Part shown: positions 10,578 through 20,722 of the stretch, one piece after another
How the letters are laid out: each line of letters starts with the position of its first letter
Position numbering within the stretch: position 1 is the first letter of the stretch
DNA from: Candidatus Nomurabacteria bacterium
GTDB taxonomy: Bacteria; Patescibacteriota; Minisyncoccia; Phycocordibacterales; UBA918
DNA: 64,000 nucleotides
Assembly: GCA_020632035.1 (NCBI GenBank)
Contig: JACKGG010000005.1
Location: 4,855-68,854 of the forward strand
Reading direction: 5' to 3'
Made by a program: the position numbers and the translations under genes
The notes under the pieces: model-generated
What the model was told of the DNA's origin: nothing
The model's database searches: none
Seen by the model: only the letters and a program-made list of their open reading frames with translations

Positions 10578-11543
10578 ATGGAATACTTAATATCCTTAGT
10601 CCTTGTGCTTTTATCAGGGCTCTTCTCGGGCTTAACACTTGGACTACTCTCACTAGACACACAATCACTGGCACGAAGGGCTAAACATGGTGATAAATAC
10701 GCAGAAGTTATATACCCCATTCGAAAAAATGGTAATTTACTACTGGCCACGCTTTTGTTTGGTAATGTGGCGGTGAATACAACCTTATCGATTTTTCTTG
10801 GTAGTATTGCATCTGGCTTGGTGGCAGGCATCACTGCTACAGCTCTCATTGTAGTATTTGGAGAAATTATTCCCCAGGCAGTGATTTCACGCTATGCGCT
10901 TTGGTTTGGAGCTAAAACTATTTGGTTTACTAGAATAGCAATAGTTTTGGCTTATCCAATTGCTTGGCCGATTGCAACAATTTTAAACCGCTTTCTTGGT
11001 TCGGAGCTACCTACTACGTACTCCAAATCTGAGTTGATGGATATTATTTCTGAGCACGAAGACTCTGAACACAGCAACATTGATGCTGATGAAGAAAGAA
11101 TTGTTCATGGTGCTTTACAGTTTTCACACATGCGAGTGCGGGAGGTTATGACTCCAGTTGAAAAGGTTGTATCTTTTGATGAAAATCAACGCCTAAACGA
11201 TGATTTTTTTGAAAAAGTTAAAGAATCAGGATTTTCTAGGCTACCTATATACAAGGGTAATCCTACCAACATCACCGGAATTTTGTACGCAAAAGATCTG
11301 ATAGTTGAGGACGATCATATATCTATTGTTGAGACTGAAGAAGCTTTTGATAAGAAATTTATGACTGTCAAAAGCAGCAGCAAATTGGACTCTGTTTTGA
11401 CCAAAATGCTCCGCACCAGGCAGCACATTGCTATTGTTCGTGATAGTGATAAACACTATGTCGGAGTGGTTTCGCTAGAAGATATTATCGAAGAGATTAT
11501 TCAACAGGAGATTGAAGATGAGGATGATGAGATTGAAAATTAG
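10578..11543 (+). CDS. CNNM/HlyC-CorC family transporter (DUF21 + tandem CBS)
   Basis: The N-terminal DUF21-type TM region begins 'LISLVLVLLSGLFSGLTLGLLSLD'. Two CBS-like segments and an acidic tail follow. Confidence 0.75.
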   Translation: MEYLISLVLVLLSGLFSGLTLGLLSLDTQSLARRAKHGDKYAEVIYPIRKNGNLLLATLLFGNVAVNTTLSIFLGSIASGLVAGITATALIVVFGEIIPQAVISRYALWFGAKTIWFTRIAIVLAYPIAWPIATILNRFLGSELPTTYSKSELMDIISEHEDSEHSNIDADEERIVHGALQFSHMRVREVMTPVEKVVSFDENQRLNDDFFEKVKESGFSRLPIYKGNPTNITGILYAKDLIVEDDHISIVETEEAFDKKFMTVKSSSKLDSVLTKMLRTRQHIAIVRDSDKHYVGVVSLEDIIEEIIQQEIEDEDDEIEN

Positions 11544-11620
11544 CTATAGATAATAATACTTTTGAATAATTATTTGTTACACCAAAATACCCATATCCAA
11601 GCAGGGATAGTGGGTGGTGT

Positions 11621-12316
11621 TTATAAGCCAAGTTGTTTAAGAAAGGTTTTTAACTCATCACCTTGAATCTTTCGGTATTGGTTAGGTTTAAGTTTATCGA
11701 TTTTGATATTTCCAATTCTCACACGTTTTAAATTCTGCACTTGGTAGCCAAGAGCAGCACACATGCGACGAATTTGGTGCTTTTTTCCTTCCGTTAGAAT
11801 TATTTTGAATCTTTTGTCGTTTTTAGGATTTAAAATAGCTATAGCCGGCTTAGTTTGGTAGCCTTCTATATCTACTCCGATACCCATTGCTCTAATAAAC
11901 ATGCTGGATATTCTTTTGTCTACCAAAACTTCGTATTCTTTCTCGTGCTTAGCCTCCGGATCTAGTAGCGGTCCAGTGATACGACCATCGTTAGAAAGAA
12001 CCAGCAAACCCTCAGAGTCCTTGTCGAGACGTCCAACTGGCGATACGTTAGTTATTCCAAAATCCTTTGCTAGCCGACCAGCAATATCAGTTTCACCCTC
12101 AGCCGGGGAGTGAGTGATAATCCCGCGACCTTTGTAATAAGCTAAGTAGGTTTTAGATTTAGTTTGACCAACCACTTTAACATCATCCAATTCTTGCACT
12201 TGTTGTCCCATCTTGGCCTTTTTACCATTAATCTTGACCTTACCTTCAGTAATCAAAGTATCAGCCTCACGCCTTGAAGCCACCCCGTTGTGAGCGAGGT
12301 ATTTATTAATCCGCAT
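11621..12316 (-). CDS. rsuA: pseudouridine synthase, RsuA/RluB family (S4 domain + catalytic domain)
   Basis: The S4 RNA-binding motif is 'MRINKYLAHNGVASRREADTLITEGKVKING' and the catalytic motif is 'GRLDKDSEGLLVLSNDG'. The start was moved to the Met at 12316. Confidence 0.8.
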   Translation of the reverse strand: MRINKYLAHNGVASRREADTLITEGKVKINGKKAKMGQQVQELDDVKVVGQTKSKTYLAYYKGRGIITHSPAEGETDIAGRLAKDFGITNVSPVGRLDKDSEGLLVLSNDGRITGPLLDPEAKHEKEYEVLVDKRISSMFIRAMGIGVDIEGYQTKPAIAILNPKNDKRFKIILTEGKKHQIRRMCAALGYQVQNLKRVRIGNIKIDKLKPNQYRKIQGDELKTFLKQLGL

Positions 12317-12371
12317 TGGAAATTCCATAATGGCGTGATTATGCCACATTTACTCAATTATTTCAAGTTTA

Positions 12372-12914
12372 CTAGTCCTGGGGAGCCAAAAGAATGGATG
12401 GAGTTTTGTAATATTGTAGTTCCGAAGGGTTTAATTGTGCGGGTATTGGCGTCCCGTCCTTTACCATAGTGAACGGTAAGCTGGTTACTAAGAGTGATAA
12501 ATCTAAATCTTTAGTTTGCTCAGCCCTTGGTACGTGTAATAACGTAATGAGGGTAAATTCGGCTGATTTTTTGAGTGGTAAGTAATACTGACTGTCACGA
12601 ACTACGGCATCTTCGTCGCTGGTTAGGGCTACACTATAACTAGTACCTAAAGTACTAGTCGAGCCGTCTTGATTGATCAGCTCGTATTCGAGATGTGGAG
12701 CATTGCTGTCGGAGTGGCTCCCGCGCATGGCCATAATAGGCATGTAAAGTTCACGACCTAAAAAACCAAACTGATAGGTGATGGTGAATAGGATAGTCTC
12801 GTCATTTATTCTGGTGGCAGTTTGACCAGTGGTGAAATAAGCTTCGCTAGTTGACGGTAATAATAGTATTAGGTATACGATTCCAGCTAGGAGTTTCAAT
12901 TTATTTGTATTCAT
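12372..12914 (-). CDS. hypothetical secreted protein
   Basis: 180 aa with a clear signal peptide (LLAGIVYLILLLPSTSEA). Confidence 0.5.
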   Translation of the reverse strand: MNTNKLKLLAGIVYLILLLPSTSEAYFTTGQTATRINDETILFTITYQFGFLGRELYMPIMAMRGSHSDSNAPHLEYELINQDGSTSTLGTSYSVALTSDEDAVVRDSQYYLPLKKSAEFTLITLLHVPRAEQTKDLDLSLLVTSLPFTMVKDGTPIPAQLNPSELQYYKTPSILLAPQD

Positions 12915-12939
12915 GTCAGTATTCTACTACATCAACGAC

Positions 12940-13524
12940 ATGGAACAAATACTAAAATTACCACCAAGCGATGAAGAGCTGGTAAGAATGACTCTTAGAG
13001 ACAAGGAGCATTTTGGTGCTTTGGTTGACAGGTACCAAGCTAAGTTGACTAGGTACATAGCTAGGTTGGGTGTGCGAGACCCAGAAGACCAGATGGATGT
13101 TCTGCAGGATGTATTTCTTAAAACCTATCGTAACCTAAATGACTTTGATACTTCGTTGAAGTTTTCTTCGTGGGTTTATCGGATAGCCCACAATGAAGCG
13201 GTTAGCTGGTTCAGAAAAAGGAGCGTCAGACCGGAAGGTCACTTAATCGGCGATAGTGAAGAAATGATTTCTTTTTTGAGTTCTAAGGAAGAAACAGCTG
13301 ATGCCGAGTTTGATAAAACTATAAATTCTAAGGAAGTTAACGAGGCTATGCTAAAAATAGACGAAAAGTATCGGGAGGTACTCATACTAAGATTTTTTGA
13401 ACACAAAGAATACGATGAAATATCAGATATTCTTAAAATACCTCTTGGTTCAGTAGGAACATTACTGCATAGGGGTAAAAAACAACTTGCTTCTGCATTA
13501 AATCAAGAAGCTATACGTATATAA
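12940..13524 (+). CDS. ECF-type RNA polymerase sigma factor (sigma-70 family)
   Basis: The region-2 motif 'VYRIAHNEAVSWFRK' and the region-4 helix-turn-helix 'YREVLILRFFEHKEYDEISDILKIPLGSVGTLLHRGKKQL' are present. The start is placed at Met 12940 so that it does not overlap the divergent gene. Confidence 0.75.
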   Translation: MEQILKLPPSDEELVRMTLRDKEHFGALVDRYQAKLTRYIARLGVRDPEDQMDVLQDVFLKTYRNLNDFDTSLKFSSWVYRIAHNEAVSWFRKRSVRPEGHLIGDSEEMISFLSSKEETADAEFDKTINSKEVNEAMLKIDEKYREVLILRFFEHKEYDEISDILKIPLGSVGTLLHRGKKQLASALNQEAIRI

Positions 13525-13539
13525 GGGCATACAGATACT

Positions 13540-14460
13540 ATGGAAAAAAATGACAAACAACCAAAACAACTAAAAGAAGCTCTTTTTGAAAGAATAGAGG
13601 CTGAAAAGGTGTGTCCTAAACCCAGGCTCCTATTTCAAAGTAGGGAGTGTTTAGTTTGGTTCTTGTGGATTCTGTCAATTATAATTGGCGCTTTAGCTGT
13701 AGCGGTATCACTTTTTGTGATAATGCACCATCAATATGACTTTTATGAAGCTACCCATGAAAATTTTTTAACTTTTTTAGTTGAAGTCTTACCTTTTGCC
13801 TGGTTTTTTGTATTTGGTCTAATAGCGTATGTGTCTATCTATAATCTCCGGCACACAGCTCATGGCTATCGCTACCCAGTTTGGGTGATTATTTCCAGTA
13901 GCCTAGTACTTAGTTTTGCGGGCGGCTCAACTTTGCAGATGTTTGGCCTTGGCTTCACTGTTGATAAGATCCTTGGTGATAACATGCACATGTATATGTC
14001 TCAGGAGAAACTAGAACAAAGAGTTTGGCAAAACCCAGAGGATGGACGACTTTTGGGTAAGCAGGTACTTAGTACAACAGCTCCTACAACGACAGTAATT
14101 TTTGAAGATTCTGTTGGCAAACGCTGGCAAATGGATGTAAGTGAGCTAGAAGAACACGAAGTAGTGTTATTAAGGTCTGAAATGAAAGTTAAACTAATTG
14201 GAAAGACATCCAATCCAGACTTTAAAATATTTCATGCTTGCGGTGCCTTTCCGTGGATGATGGATAGAGAGACGACTCTGGAGGAACTAAACGAAGAACG
14301 AAAAGCGTTTGTTGAGAAGGTCTCGAGCCACGCTATAAAAGCTAGGCAGTTATTTTTTAAAGAGAAAGTTGCTTCTGGTACTGCAGAGTCACTAAAAGAA
14401 AGTATTTGCGCAGAGATCGCCCCGGTCAAAAGAATGCCGATTAGAGATCTTGATGCTTAA
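13540..14460 (+). CDS. membrane protein, putative cognate anti-sigma factor
   Basis: It begins 15 nt after the sigma-factor stop. A short cytoplasmic N-terminus is followed by several TM helices and a C-terminal soluble domain. The call rests on position only. Confidence 0.4.
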   Translation: MEKNDKQPKQLKEALFERIEAEKVCPKPRLLFQSRECLVWFLWILSIIIGALAVAVSLFVIMHHQYDFYEATHENFLTFLVEVLPFAWFFVFGLIAYVSIYNLRHTAHGYRYPVWVIISSSLVLSFAGGSTLQMFGLGFTVDKILGDNMHMYMSQEKLEQRVWQNPEDGRLLGKQVLSTTAPTTTVIFEDSVGKRWQMDVSELEEHEVVLLRSEMKVKLIGKTSNPDFKIFHACGAFPWMMDRETTLEELNEERKAFVEKVSSHAIKARQLFFKEKVASGTAESLKESICAEIAPVKRMPIRDLDA

Positions 14461-14604
14461 TAACTATTGTCACATTTAATTTTGTGTTGCAGAAACTTGC
14501 ATTTTTGTAAGATAAGAGTAAAGTTTACGTACACGATTGCTTTGGGGTGGCGTGTTTACAATTTAATAAAGATTTTAGTATTTACCTACGATTACAATAG
14601 ATTT

Positions 14605-17600
14605 ATGAATATACTTACTTATACACAACGAAACCTTTCTGCAAAATTCTTCGCAGCTATAACGATTGTTTCAATGATTCTGAGCGCCTTTCCGGTGGCT
14701 TTTTTTGTTGCGGACGCAGCAACAATTGATTTTACAGTTTATGCTGTACCTGACCCTGTTGGCACTGATGGAGATGGTGAATACGTAACTATTTCTTTTA
14801 TTGATACAGTTGATTTTGCGGGTTGGAAACTGGTTGATAATAATGGTGATGAAACAGATCTCACTTCACTTGGGATTGTAAGTGGTCCAGACGACCTGCA
14901 GATTTGTAGTAATATGGTTTTTTCAACAAATGGTGGGGTGAATTGTGATTTGACGTTCGGGACAAACTTCAATTTGGTAAATACTGCTGGTCAAGTTCAA
15001 CTAGTTTCTCCAGACCCTTCAGTGGTGGTTGATCTAACATGGGCATCTGTTACTGTAGGACAAACTGTAAGTGATTCTGGTCAATATATTGAGCCATCAG
15101 TAGCTTGTACTCCACAGCATGATGCAGCTGGAGTAACAAATATCCAAAACACTAGCACTGGAGATTACTTTGACTCTATTGAGGATGCTTTGGCTGACTG
15201 TGATACTTCAGACGGCGATATTGTGGAACTACTTGGCGATATTACCACTACTAAACAACAAAGAATTGCTCGACCAATCATACTAGACGGAAATGGTTAC
15301 ACGATTGATGCTGCTTTTGCTAAAAACGGAAATGATAACAATTCTGCTATCAATGTGTTCGGCACTTCTGACGTGACTGTTATGGACATTGTCCTTGATG
15401 GTACAAGTGGTACGGAATTACATGGTCTTAATGTCTACCGTTCTGATGATGTGGTGGTATCAAACCTAGAGGCGAAGAACTTCAGAACAGGACTATTAGT
15501 AAATGGTTCAGTTGTAGCTGCTAGTGATATCACTACTTCAGGTAATACTTGGCATGCAATAAATGTCGACAAAGGTTCAGATGACTATCCAGCAACACTG
15601 ATTATTAGCAATACTAGTAGTCATGCAGAAAACTCAGCTACACCCCCATCTGGACACATTCCAGGGGTAAACAAACCCCACATTTATGTAGATAACGCTA
15701 ATGGATTCAACACTGTTATTGATGATGATTCACAGTACGATATACATGAATTCTTTATTCCAACTGTGCCAGCAGTGCAAACTCAGCAGTTTGCAGTTGC
15801 TATTCAGGTGCCAGGAATAAAGCCACAAGTTTATACTCTAAAATCTGTTACGCCGGAACCAGTAGCAAATATACATACAAGTAAGATTGTTTGTACTGAT
15901 GAAGCTGATCTGCCTAACTGGGTTTCAGCACCAAGTACAATTACTGAAACTACTGCTACAGACTGGCTAGCTGAACACAAAGATTCGTCTTGTAGTCTAG
16001 TAAGAGGCTGGGAATTTGAATGGGCACCCAAAGGAACTTCTGATCCAGGAGATACTTTAGTTGGTACCGCTGGTCCTGACTGGACCACCTTTACTGGTTC
16101 AACTCAAGTTCCGGAATCAGCTTTTGATGGCGGAAGTTTCTGGGTGCGTGAAGTACTACAAGCTGACTATATCCCATTTACTCATGAATCTGAGGGAGAC
16201 AAAAATACTGATGATGTAACTGCAGAGATGTACTGTCATACTGATGGTCTGAATTATGATAATTACGACCGAATAGATGATCCAGAAGTAGGCGGTGATT
16301 ACTACTGTGTTGCTTGGAATGTTCCGGTTGAAAAGACTTCTGATGTAACAATCTGTAAGTATGATCAGTCAGAAGAGTCATTAGAAGGTTGGCAATTGGC
16401 TCTACTTGGAGCTGAGGTTGATTCATTATCGGTAAAACCAGACGGAACAACACAGTCAATGCTAAATGTTCCTGCTGGGTTTTACGTACTCAAAGCAGAC
16501 GGAGCGTATGAATATCGAGGTAATACAGGCTTACTAGCAGACGCTAGATTTTCTGAGAGACAAGCAGGTGACCCAGATTTTGGAACCTACCCATACCAAC
16601 CATGGCGAGAAGCCAGTGCTGGAACAGGAGGTCTTGCAGTTCAAGTTAATGGTGATTTGGGAGTATCGTGGGGAAGTACATTTAGTCCTTCTCATGTTTA
16701 CTACGGAGCTCTGTCACAAGCATCTCTAGACGATGTAGACTTCTATGTCTACGATAATGCTTACAACGACAACGTAGGAGAAATTGATGTGACTTTATAC
16801 CATGGGTACACAGGAATTACTGAAGAAGATGGTTGTGTGACGTTTGAGGACGTACCATATGGTGAGTACGAGGTTGAAGAATTACTACAACTAGATTGGA
16901 CAAATCTTTCAGGTCTTGGGCCGGTGGTAGTTGATGAAGAGTCAGAAGTGTTTGAGGTTGTAAACCAAGATCCAAATCAGGAACCAGTGACATGTACACT
17001 TAAGCTTACTAGTGATGATACAAACACAGTTGATGAAAAGGGAGGAGCGTTCGCAAAGGTTTTAAGCTTCATACACAATAATTGGACAACAACACTTAAT
17101 GATGCTGATTGGATATGGGGAGACGACGGTCCAGTAAACCCATCACAGGAAGAAACACAAACCTTCTCTAATAAATTTGGTTGGAGTGGAGCAACAGTAG
17201 TGAGCGCGACACTTTCAATTGCGGCTGACAACAGTTTCTCAGCTACTCTAGACGGAGACCTGGCAGGAGAAGATTTAGGTGAGTTCAACTTTGGCGCAAC
17301 CAAAGATTACGATGTTGCGAGTTTGATAGACGCTGGAAACAATGAACTTTCAGTAGTAGTGAAAAATATGGAGCCAAAAAATCCAAACACTGCGACTGGA
17401 AAAAGTAATCCTGCTGGACTCTATTACGAGTTAACAATCGTTGGTGAAGGAGAGGATTGTGGAGTGCCATATATTCCTGAACCAGAAGAGCCAGAATACG
17501 GAGCTTACTGTGGAGACGGTGAAATCAACCAAGATTGGGAACAATGTGATGGTGATGATGTCGAAGACGGTGAATCCTGTACAGATTACTGTACATTCGA

Positions 17601-19422
17601 TAATCAATGTTCAGTCTTGCAACTAGTTAAAGTCGAGGTGGAAGAAACAGATTCACCAAGCTTTGATTACAATACTATTTACTTAGGAAGCGATAGTAAT
17701 CCAATTCCAAACGGAACATGGTTCAACTTCGATGAACTAGGAGACACTTCAGCTCATACTGTGGCTGATGCGGTTGAAGGACTTGGCGTGAGTCGAGATC
17801 CGGGGACCGGACAACTAAGAATTGGTGCGGATGGTGCTAACAAGAAAGGTTTTGACAAAGTAGTTGGAACAGTTCAGATGTTAGGACTTGAAATCGATAG
17901 TATCAAAAGGGGGATCCCGTTTGTGCCAAGGTACAAACTAGAAGAAGAACCGCCGGCTAGACATACGGATTACGCTGATAAGATTAGTGACACAGAAGCA
18001 TTATTTGATTGGCAGGTTTATGGAGCTAGCGATGGTATGACCCTACAACTTGAAACAGGCGAAGAATATGATTGTGATGAATGTAAAGCAACAGTTGAGG
18101 CGAGAATAGTTGTTAAAGATTATGGGTCTGTTGGTGCAGGAGACATGAGTGATGAAATTATCCTTGGAGACGCTGGGTACAGCACAGTAAGCTTTGGTGA
18201 ATGGTTCCCAATTTCTGAGGCAACTAACCCAGGGGATTCGGCTGTGATGATTCAGGATCCAAATACAGTTACAGGATTTTCTACCCCAGCCGATAAGCCA
18301 GGACTGTTTGTAAGTCGAGAAAACGGTACAGTTAAGGTTGCGTTATACGGAAAACTAGAGAATGGTGGCAAGGATAATAATGAATGGATTGACGCTCGAA
18401 TCGAAGTTAGAGATGCTGGTATTACTAATTTCCAAGCATTAACTGGTCCATACAAGTTAGAAAACGGTTATGATTCTGCCTCTGCAGATGGTACTGGAGT
18501 AGACTTCAAAATGAAGGTTACTACTGCATCTGATGGATTTAGATTCGATATTGATGAGAAATCTATAGCGGTTTGTGACGAAGATACAACTGACCCTGAT
18601 CCAGAAACATACCGAATTGATGGATATAAGTATGAAGTTACAGATAACGGAGATGTGCCTAAGGCAGGTTGGAATATTTACGCAGAAAACAAAGATAACG
18701 CTACTAACAAAGCCACAGTAACTGACGAAAATGGTTACTACTACTTTGATGTGCTAGAAGGTAACTGGGAAATTACTGAAGAAGTATTAACAGATTGGAG
18801 TCAAGTAGAAGTGATAGAAAATGGTGTGACAGTAGACCATGAAGGAGACGGTGTAGAATATTGTCTCTTCGACATTCCTGAAGATGATTCAGACTACGAA
18901 TGCGACTTCTACAATGAGTACATTGGAGATGGAAATGATGGTGGAGGAAGTGATGGTGATGATGACGGTGGTTCTGGAGATACTCCAGATAAGAAAAAAT
19001 CTACTCAAACCAGCACTAGAATAAGTCGCGGTGCACCTGGACAAGTGCTCGGAGCATCTACTATTGGACAATGTCCATTCTTGCTAGAATACATGCAAAT
19101 TACTGCTGAAAACAATAGCCAAGAGGTGAGTAAGTTGCAGATTTTCCTTAACTTATTCAAAGACACGTTTGGTGGAACTGAAAACCCAGTCACTGGTTTC
19201 TTCGGACCTACTACAGACTCAAACGTCAAGGCTTTCCAGGAGTATTATCGATCAGAAGTACTAGATCCATGGTACATCAGGGGAATTGTTCCTCACACTA
19301 AGGCTACGGGGTACGTCTACAAAACAACTCTATGGAAGATTAATAGCATTGTTTGTCCAGATTACGCAGTATTACCAGTGTTTGACGGGGAAGACCTCAA
19401 CTCAAATGTAGATTTGGATTAA
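14605..19422 (+). CDS. large secreted surface protein: right-handed beta-helix region, Cys-rich repeat, Cna-B/prealbumin-like domain, C-terminal peptidoglycan-binding domain
   Basis: The signal peptide runs from Met 14605 (FFAAITIVSMILSAFPVAFFVADAA). A PbH1-like repeat stretch (GNGYTIDAAF...NVFGTSDVTVMDIVLDG...) spans about 15280-15600. 'CGDGEINQDWEQCDGDDVEDGESCTDYC' (about 17509-17595) resembles the myxo-type Cys-rich repeat. 'GWNIYAENKDN...ENGYYYFD' is Cna-B-like. 'LLEYMQITAENNSQEVSKLQIFLNLF...FFGPTTDSNVKAFQEYY' (about 19070-19250) is PG_binding_1-like. Confidence 0.7.
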   Translation: MNILTYTQRNLSAKFFAAITIVSMILSAFPVAFFVADAATIDFTVYAVPDPVGTDGDGEYVTISFIDTVDFAGWKLVDNNGDETDLTSLGIVSGPDDLQICSNMVFSTNGGVNCDLTFGTNFNLVNTAGQVQLVSPDPSVVVDLTWASVTVGQTVSDSGQYIEPSVACTPQHDAAGVTNIQNTSTGDYFDSIEDALADCDTSDGDIVELLGDITTTKQQRIARPIILDGNGYTIDAAFAKNGNDNNSAINVFGTSDVTVMDIVLDGTSGTELHGLNVYRSDDVVVSNLEAKNFRTGLLVNGSVVAASDITTSGNTWHAINVDKGSDDYPATLIISNTSSHAENSATPPSGHIPGVNKPHIYVDNANGFNTVIDDDSQYDIHEFFIPTVPAVQTQQFAVAIQVPGIKPQVYTLKSVTPEPVANIHTSKIVCTDEADLPNWVSAPSTITETTATDWLAEHKDSSCSLVRGWEFEWAPKGTSDPGDTLVGTAGPDWTTFTGSTQVPESAFDGGSFWVREVLQADYIPFTHESEGDKNTDDVTAEMYCHTDGLNYDNYDRIDDPEVGGDYYCVAWNVPVEKTSDVTICKYDQSEESLEGWQLALLGAEVDSLSVKPDGTTQSMLNVPAGFYVLKADGAYEYRGNTGLLADARFSERQAGDPDFGTYPYQPWREASAGTGGLAVQVNGDLGVSWGSTFSPSHVYYGALSQASLDDVDFYVYDNAYNDNVGEIDVTLYHGYTGITEEDGCVTFEDVPYGEYEVEELLQLDWTNLSGLGPVVVDEESEVFEVVNQDPNQEPVTCTLKLTSDDTNTVDEKGGAFAKVLSFIHNNWTTTLNDADWIWGDDGPVNPSQEETQTFSNKFGWSGATVVSATLSIAADNSFSATLDGDLAGEDLGEFNFGATKDYDVASLIDAGNNELSVVVKNMEPKNPNTATGKSNPAGLYYELTIVGEGEDCGVPYIPEPEEPEYGAYCGDGEINQDWEQCDGDDVEDGESCTDYCTFDNQCSVLQLVKVEVEETDSPSFDYNTIYLGSDSNPIPNGTWFNFDELGDTSAHTVADAVEGLGVSRDPGTGQLRIGADGANKKGFDKVVGTVQMLGLEIDSIKRGIPFVPRYKLEEEPPARHTDYADKISDTEALFDWQVYGASDGMTLQLETGEEYDCDECKATVEARIVVKDYGSVGAGDMSDEIILGDAGYSTVSFGEWFPISEATNPGDSAVMIQDPNTVTGFSTPADKPGLFVSRENGTVKVALYGKLENGGKDNNEWIDARIEVRDAGITNFQALTGPYKLENGYDSASADGTGVDFKMKVTTASDGFRFDIDEKSIAVCDEDTTDPDPETYRIDGYKYEVTDNGDVPKAGWNIYAENKDNATNKATVTDENGYYYFDVLEGNWEITEEVLTDWSQVEVIENGVTVDHEGDGVEYCLFDIPEDDSDYECDFYNEYIGDGNDGGGSDGDDDGGSGDTPDKKKSTQTSTRISRGAPGQVLGASTIGQCPFLLEYMQITAENNSQEVSKLQIFLNLFKDTFGGTENPVTGFFGPTTDSNVKAFQEYYRSEVLDPWYIRGIVPHTKATGYVYKTTLWKINSIVCPDYAVLPVFDGEDLNSNVDLD

Positions 19423-19440
19423 TCTCTGAGTTTATACAAA

Positions 19441-19466
19441 AAGACCCTTATCCACAGGGTCTTTTT
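19441..19466 (+). terminator. rho-independent terminator
   Basis: AAGACCC-TTATCCACA-GGGTCTT followed by TTTGTAT. Confidence 0.55.
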
Positions 19467-19514
19467 GTATCTATTGACAAATCATGAAAAAGGCATCATA
19501 ATACACGGACAAAT

Positions 19515-20636
19515 ATGAGTCCAAAACTTAAAGGATTAGACATTCTGCAAAAGATATCAATGTCTCTGATGGGTGTGCTGGTGCTTATTACTTTTATTGG
19601 TGCCAATCTACAAGCTCTAACATGGCAGTCTTCAGACTGGCTAGTTTCAACAGTTTTGCCAGCCGTTGTCGTTGAACTTACTAATGAAGAACGTACCGAC
19701 AACTTGGCTCAGCCATTACAGCGTAATGTCACTCTTGACGCTGCAGCAAAAATGAAAGCTCAACACATGGCCAAAAATCAATACTTTGCACACTTTAGTC
19801 CTGATGGTGTTTCACCCTGGTACTGGTTTGATGAAGCTGGTTATGTTTACGCCCACGCTGGAGAAAATCTGGCAATTCACTTCACAGATTCTTCCGAAGT
19901 GGTTGAAGCTTGGATGAACTCTCCAACTCACCGTCAAAACATTGTAAATGGTCTGTATACTGAAATCGGTGTCGGTACTGCTAAAGGTAAATTTGAGGGT
20001 TATGACACTGTATATGTCGTCCAACTTTTTGGTACACCAGCTATACCGCCAGCACCAGTACAGCCAAAATCACTAGCCGTAGCAACTCAACCTCAACCTC
20101 CAGTAGTTGTGCCTGAACCTGAAATAGTACCTGAAATCATCCCCGAAGTAACTGTTGAACCAGCCGAGACAGTCCTTGCTCAGTCTGAAACTGCTGTTTC
20201 TGGACCAGAACCTGAACGTATCTCAGAGGAACTATTTTCTGATAATTCTAAAACTGAACTAACTGAACTAACTGTCGAGCCGGAGCAGACAGTGCCAGAA
20301 AGTATGGCTGTGGCAGAAAGCGAACCTGAGGTCGTAGTCATTGAATCACCAGTTATATCTACTTCATCTGGCCTAGCGGTGGCGCAGATCGATACTTATT
20401 CACCAACTCATGCAGGAGCGACGATTGCTTCAGTGGTAACTCAACCTAATGTTTTATTGCAAATTATCTACTTTGTACTGGCCGTTGCAGTTGTGTTGAT
20501 GCTTGGAACCTCAATCGTACTAGAGGCCCGCCGAATGCGACTCCAGCAAGTTGCTTATGGTCTCTTATTGTTATTTGGTATGGGAGGCTTGTGGTTTATA
20601 AATTCACTGCTCACCACCGGAGCAGTAGTGGTATAA
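19515..20636 (+). CDS. CAP/SCP (PR-1-like, YkwD-type) domain protein with Pro/Glu-rich linker and C-terminal TM anchor
   Basis: The CAP motifs 'HFSPDGVSPWYW...GENLA...WMNSPTHRQNI' are present. A repetitive PEPE/ELTELT linker precedes two C-terminal hydrophobic helices. Confidence 0.7.
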   Translation: MSPKLKGLDILQKISMSLMGVLVLITFIGANLQALTWQSSDWLVSTVLPAVVVELTNEERTDNLAQPLQRNVTLDAAAKMKAQHMAKNQYFAHFSPDGVSPWYWFDEAGYVYAHAGENLAIHFTDSSEVVEAWMNSPTHRQNIVNGLYTEIGVGTAKGKFEGYDTVYVVQLFGTPAIPPAPVQPKSLAVATQPQPPVVVPEPEIVPEIIPEVTVEPAETVLAQSETAVSGPEPERISEELFSDNSKTELTELTVEPEQTVPESMAVAESEPEVVVIESPVISTSSGLAVAQIDTYSPTHAGATIASVVTQPNVLLQIIYFVLAVAVVLMLGTSIVLEARRMRLQQVAYGLLLLFGMGGLWFINSLLTTGAVVV

Positions 20637-20722
20637 GGCGTAGACTACAAATATGATGAGACACAGGGTGCGAGCCAGGTTTGTTGATTTACCTAATAAA
20701 GACAATAGACTATACTTGGTAA

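Noticed and set aside
12913-12939. Track start of the ECF sigma ORF at 12913, overlapping by 2 nt and head-to-head with the minus-strand gene start at 12914
   Set aside because: Two divergent genes cannot both initiate from overlapping start codons with functional promoters. The in-frame Met at 12940, just upstream of the conserved region-2 onset, is the more plausible start.
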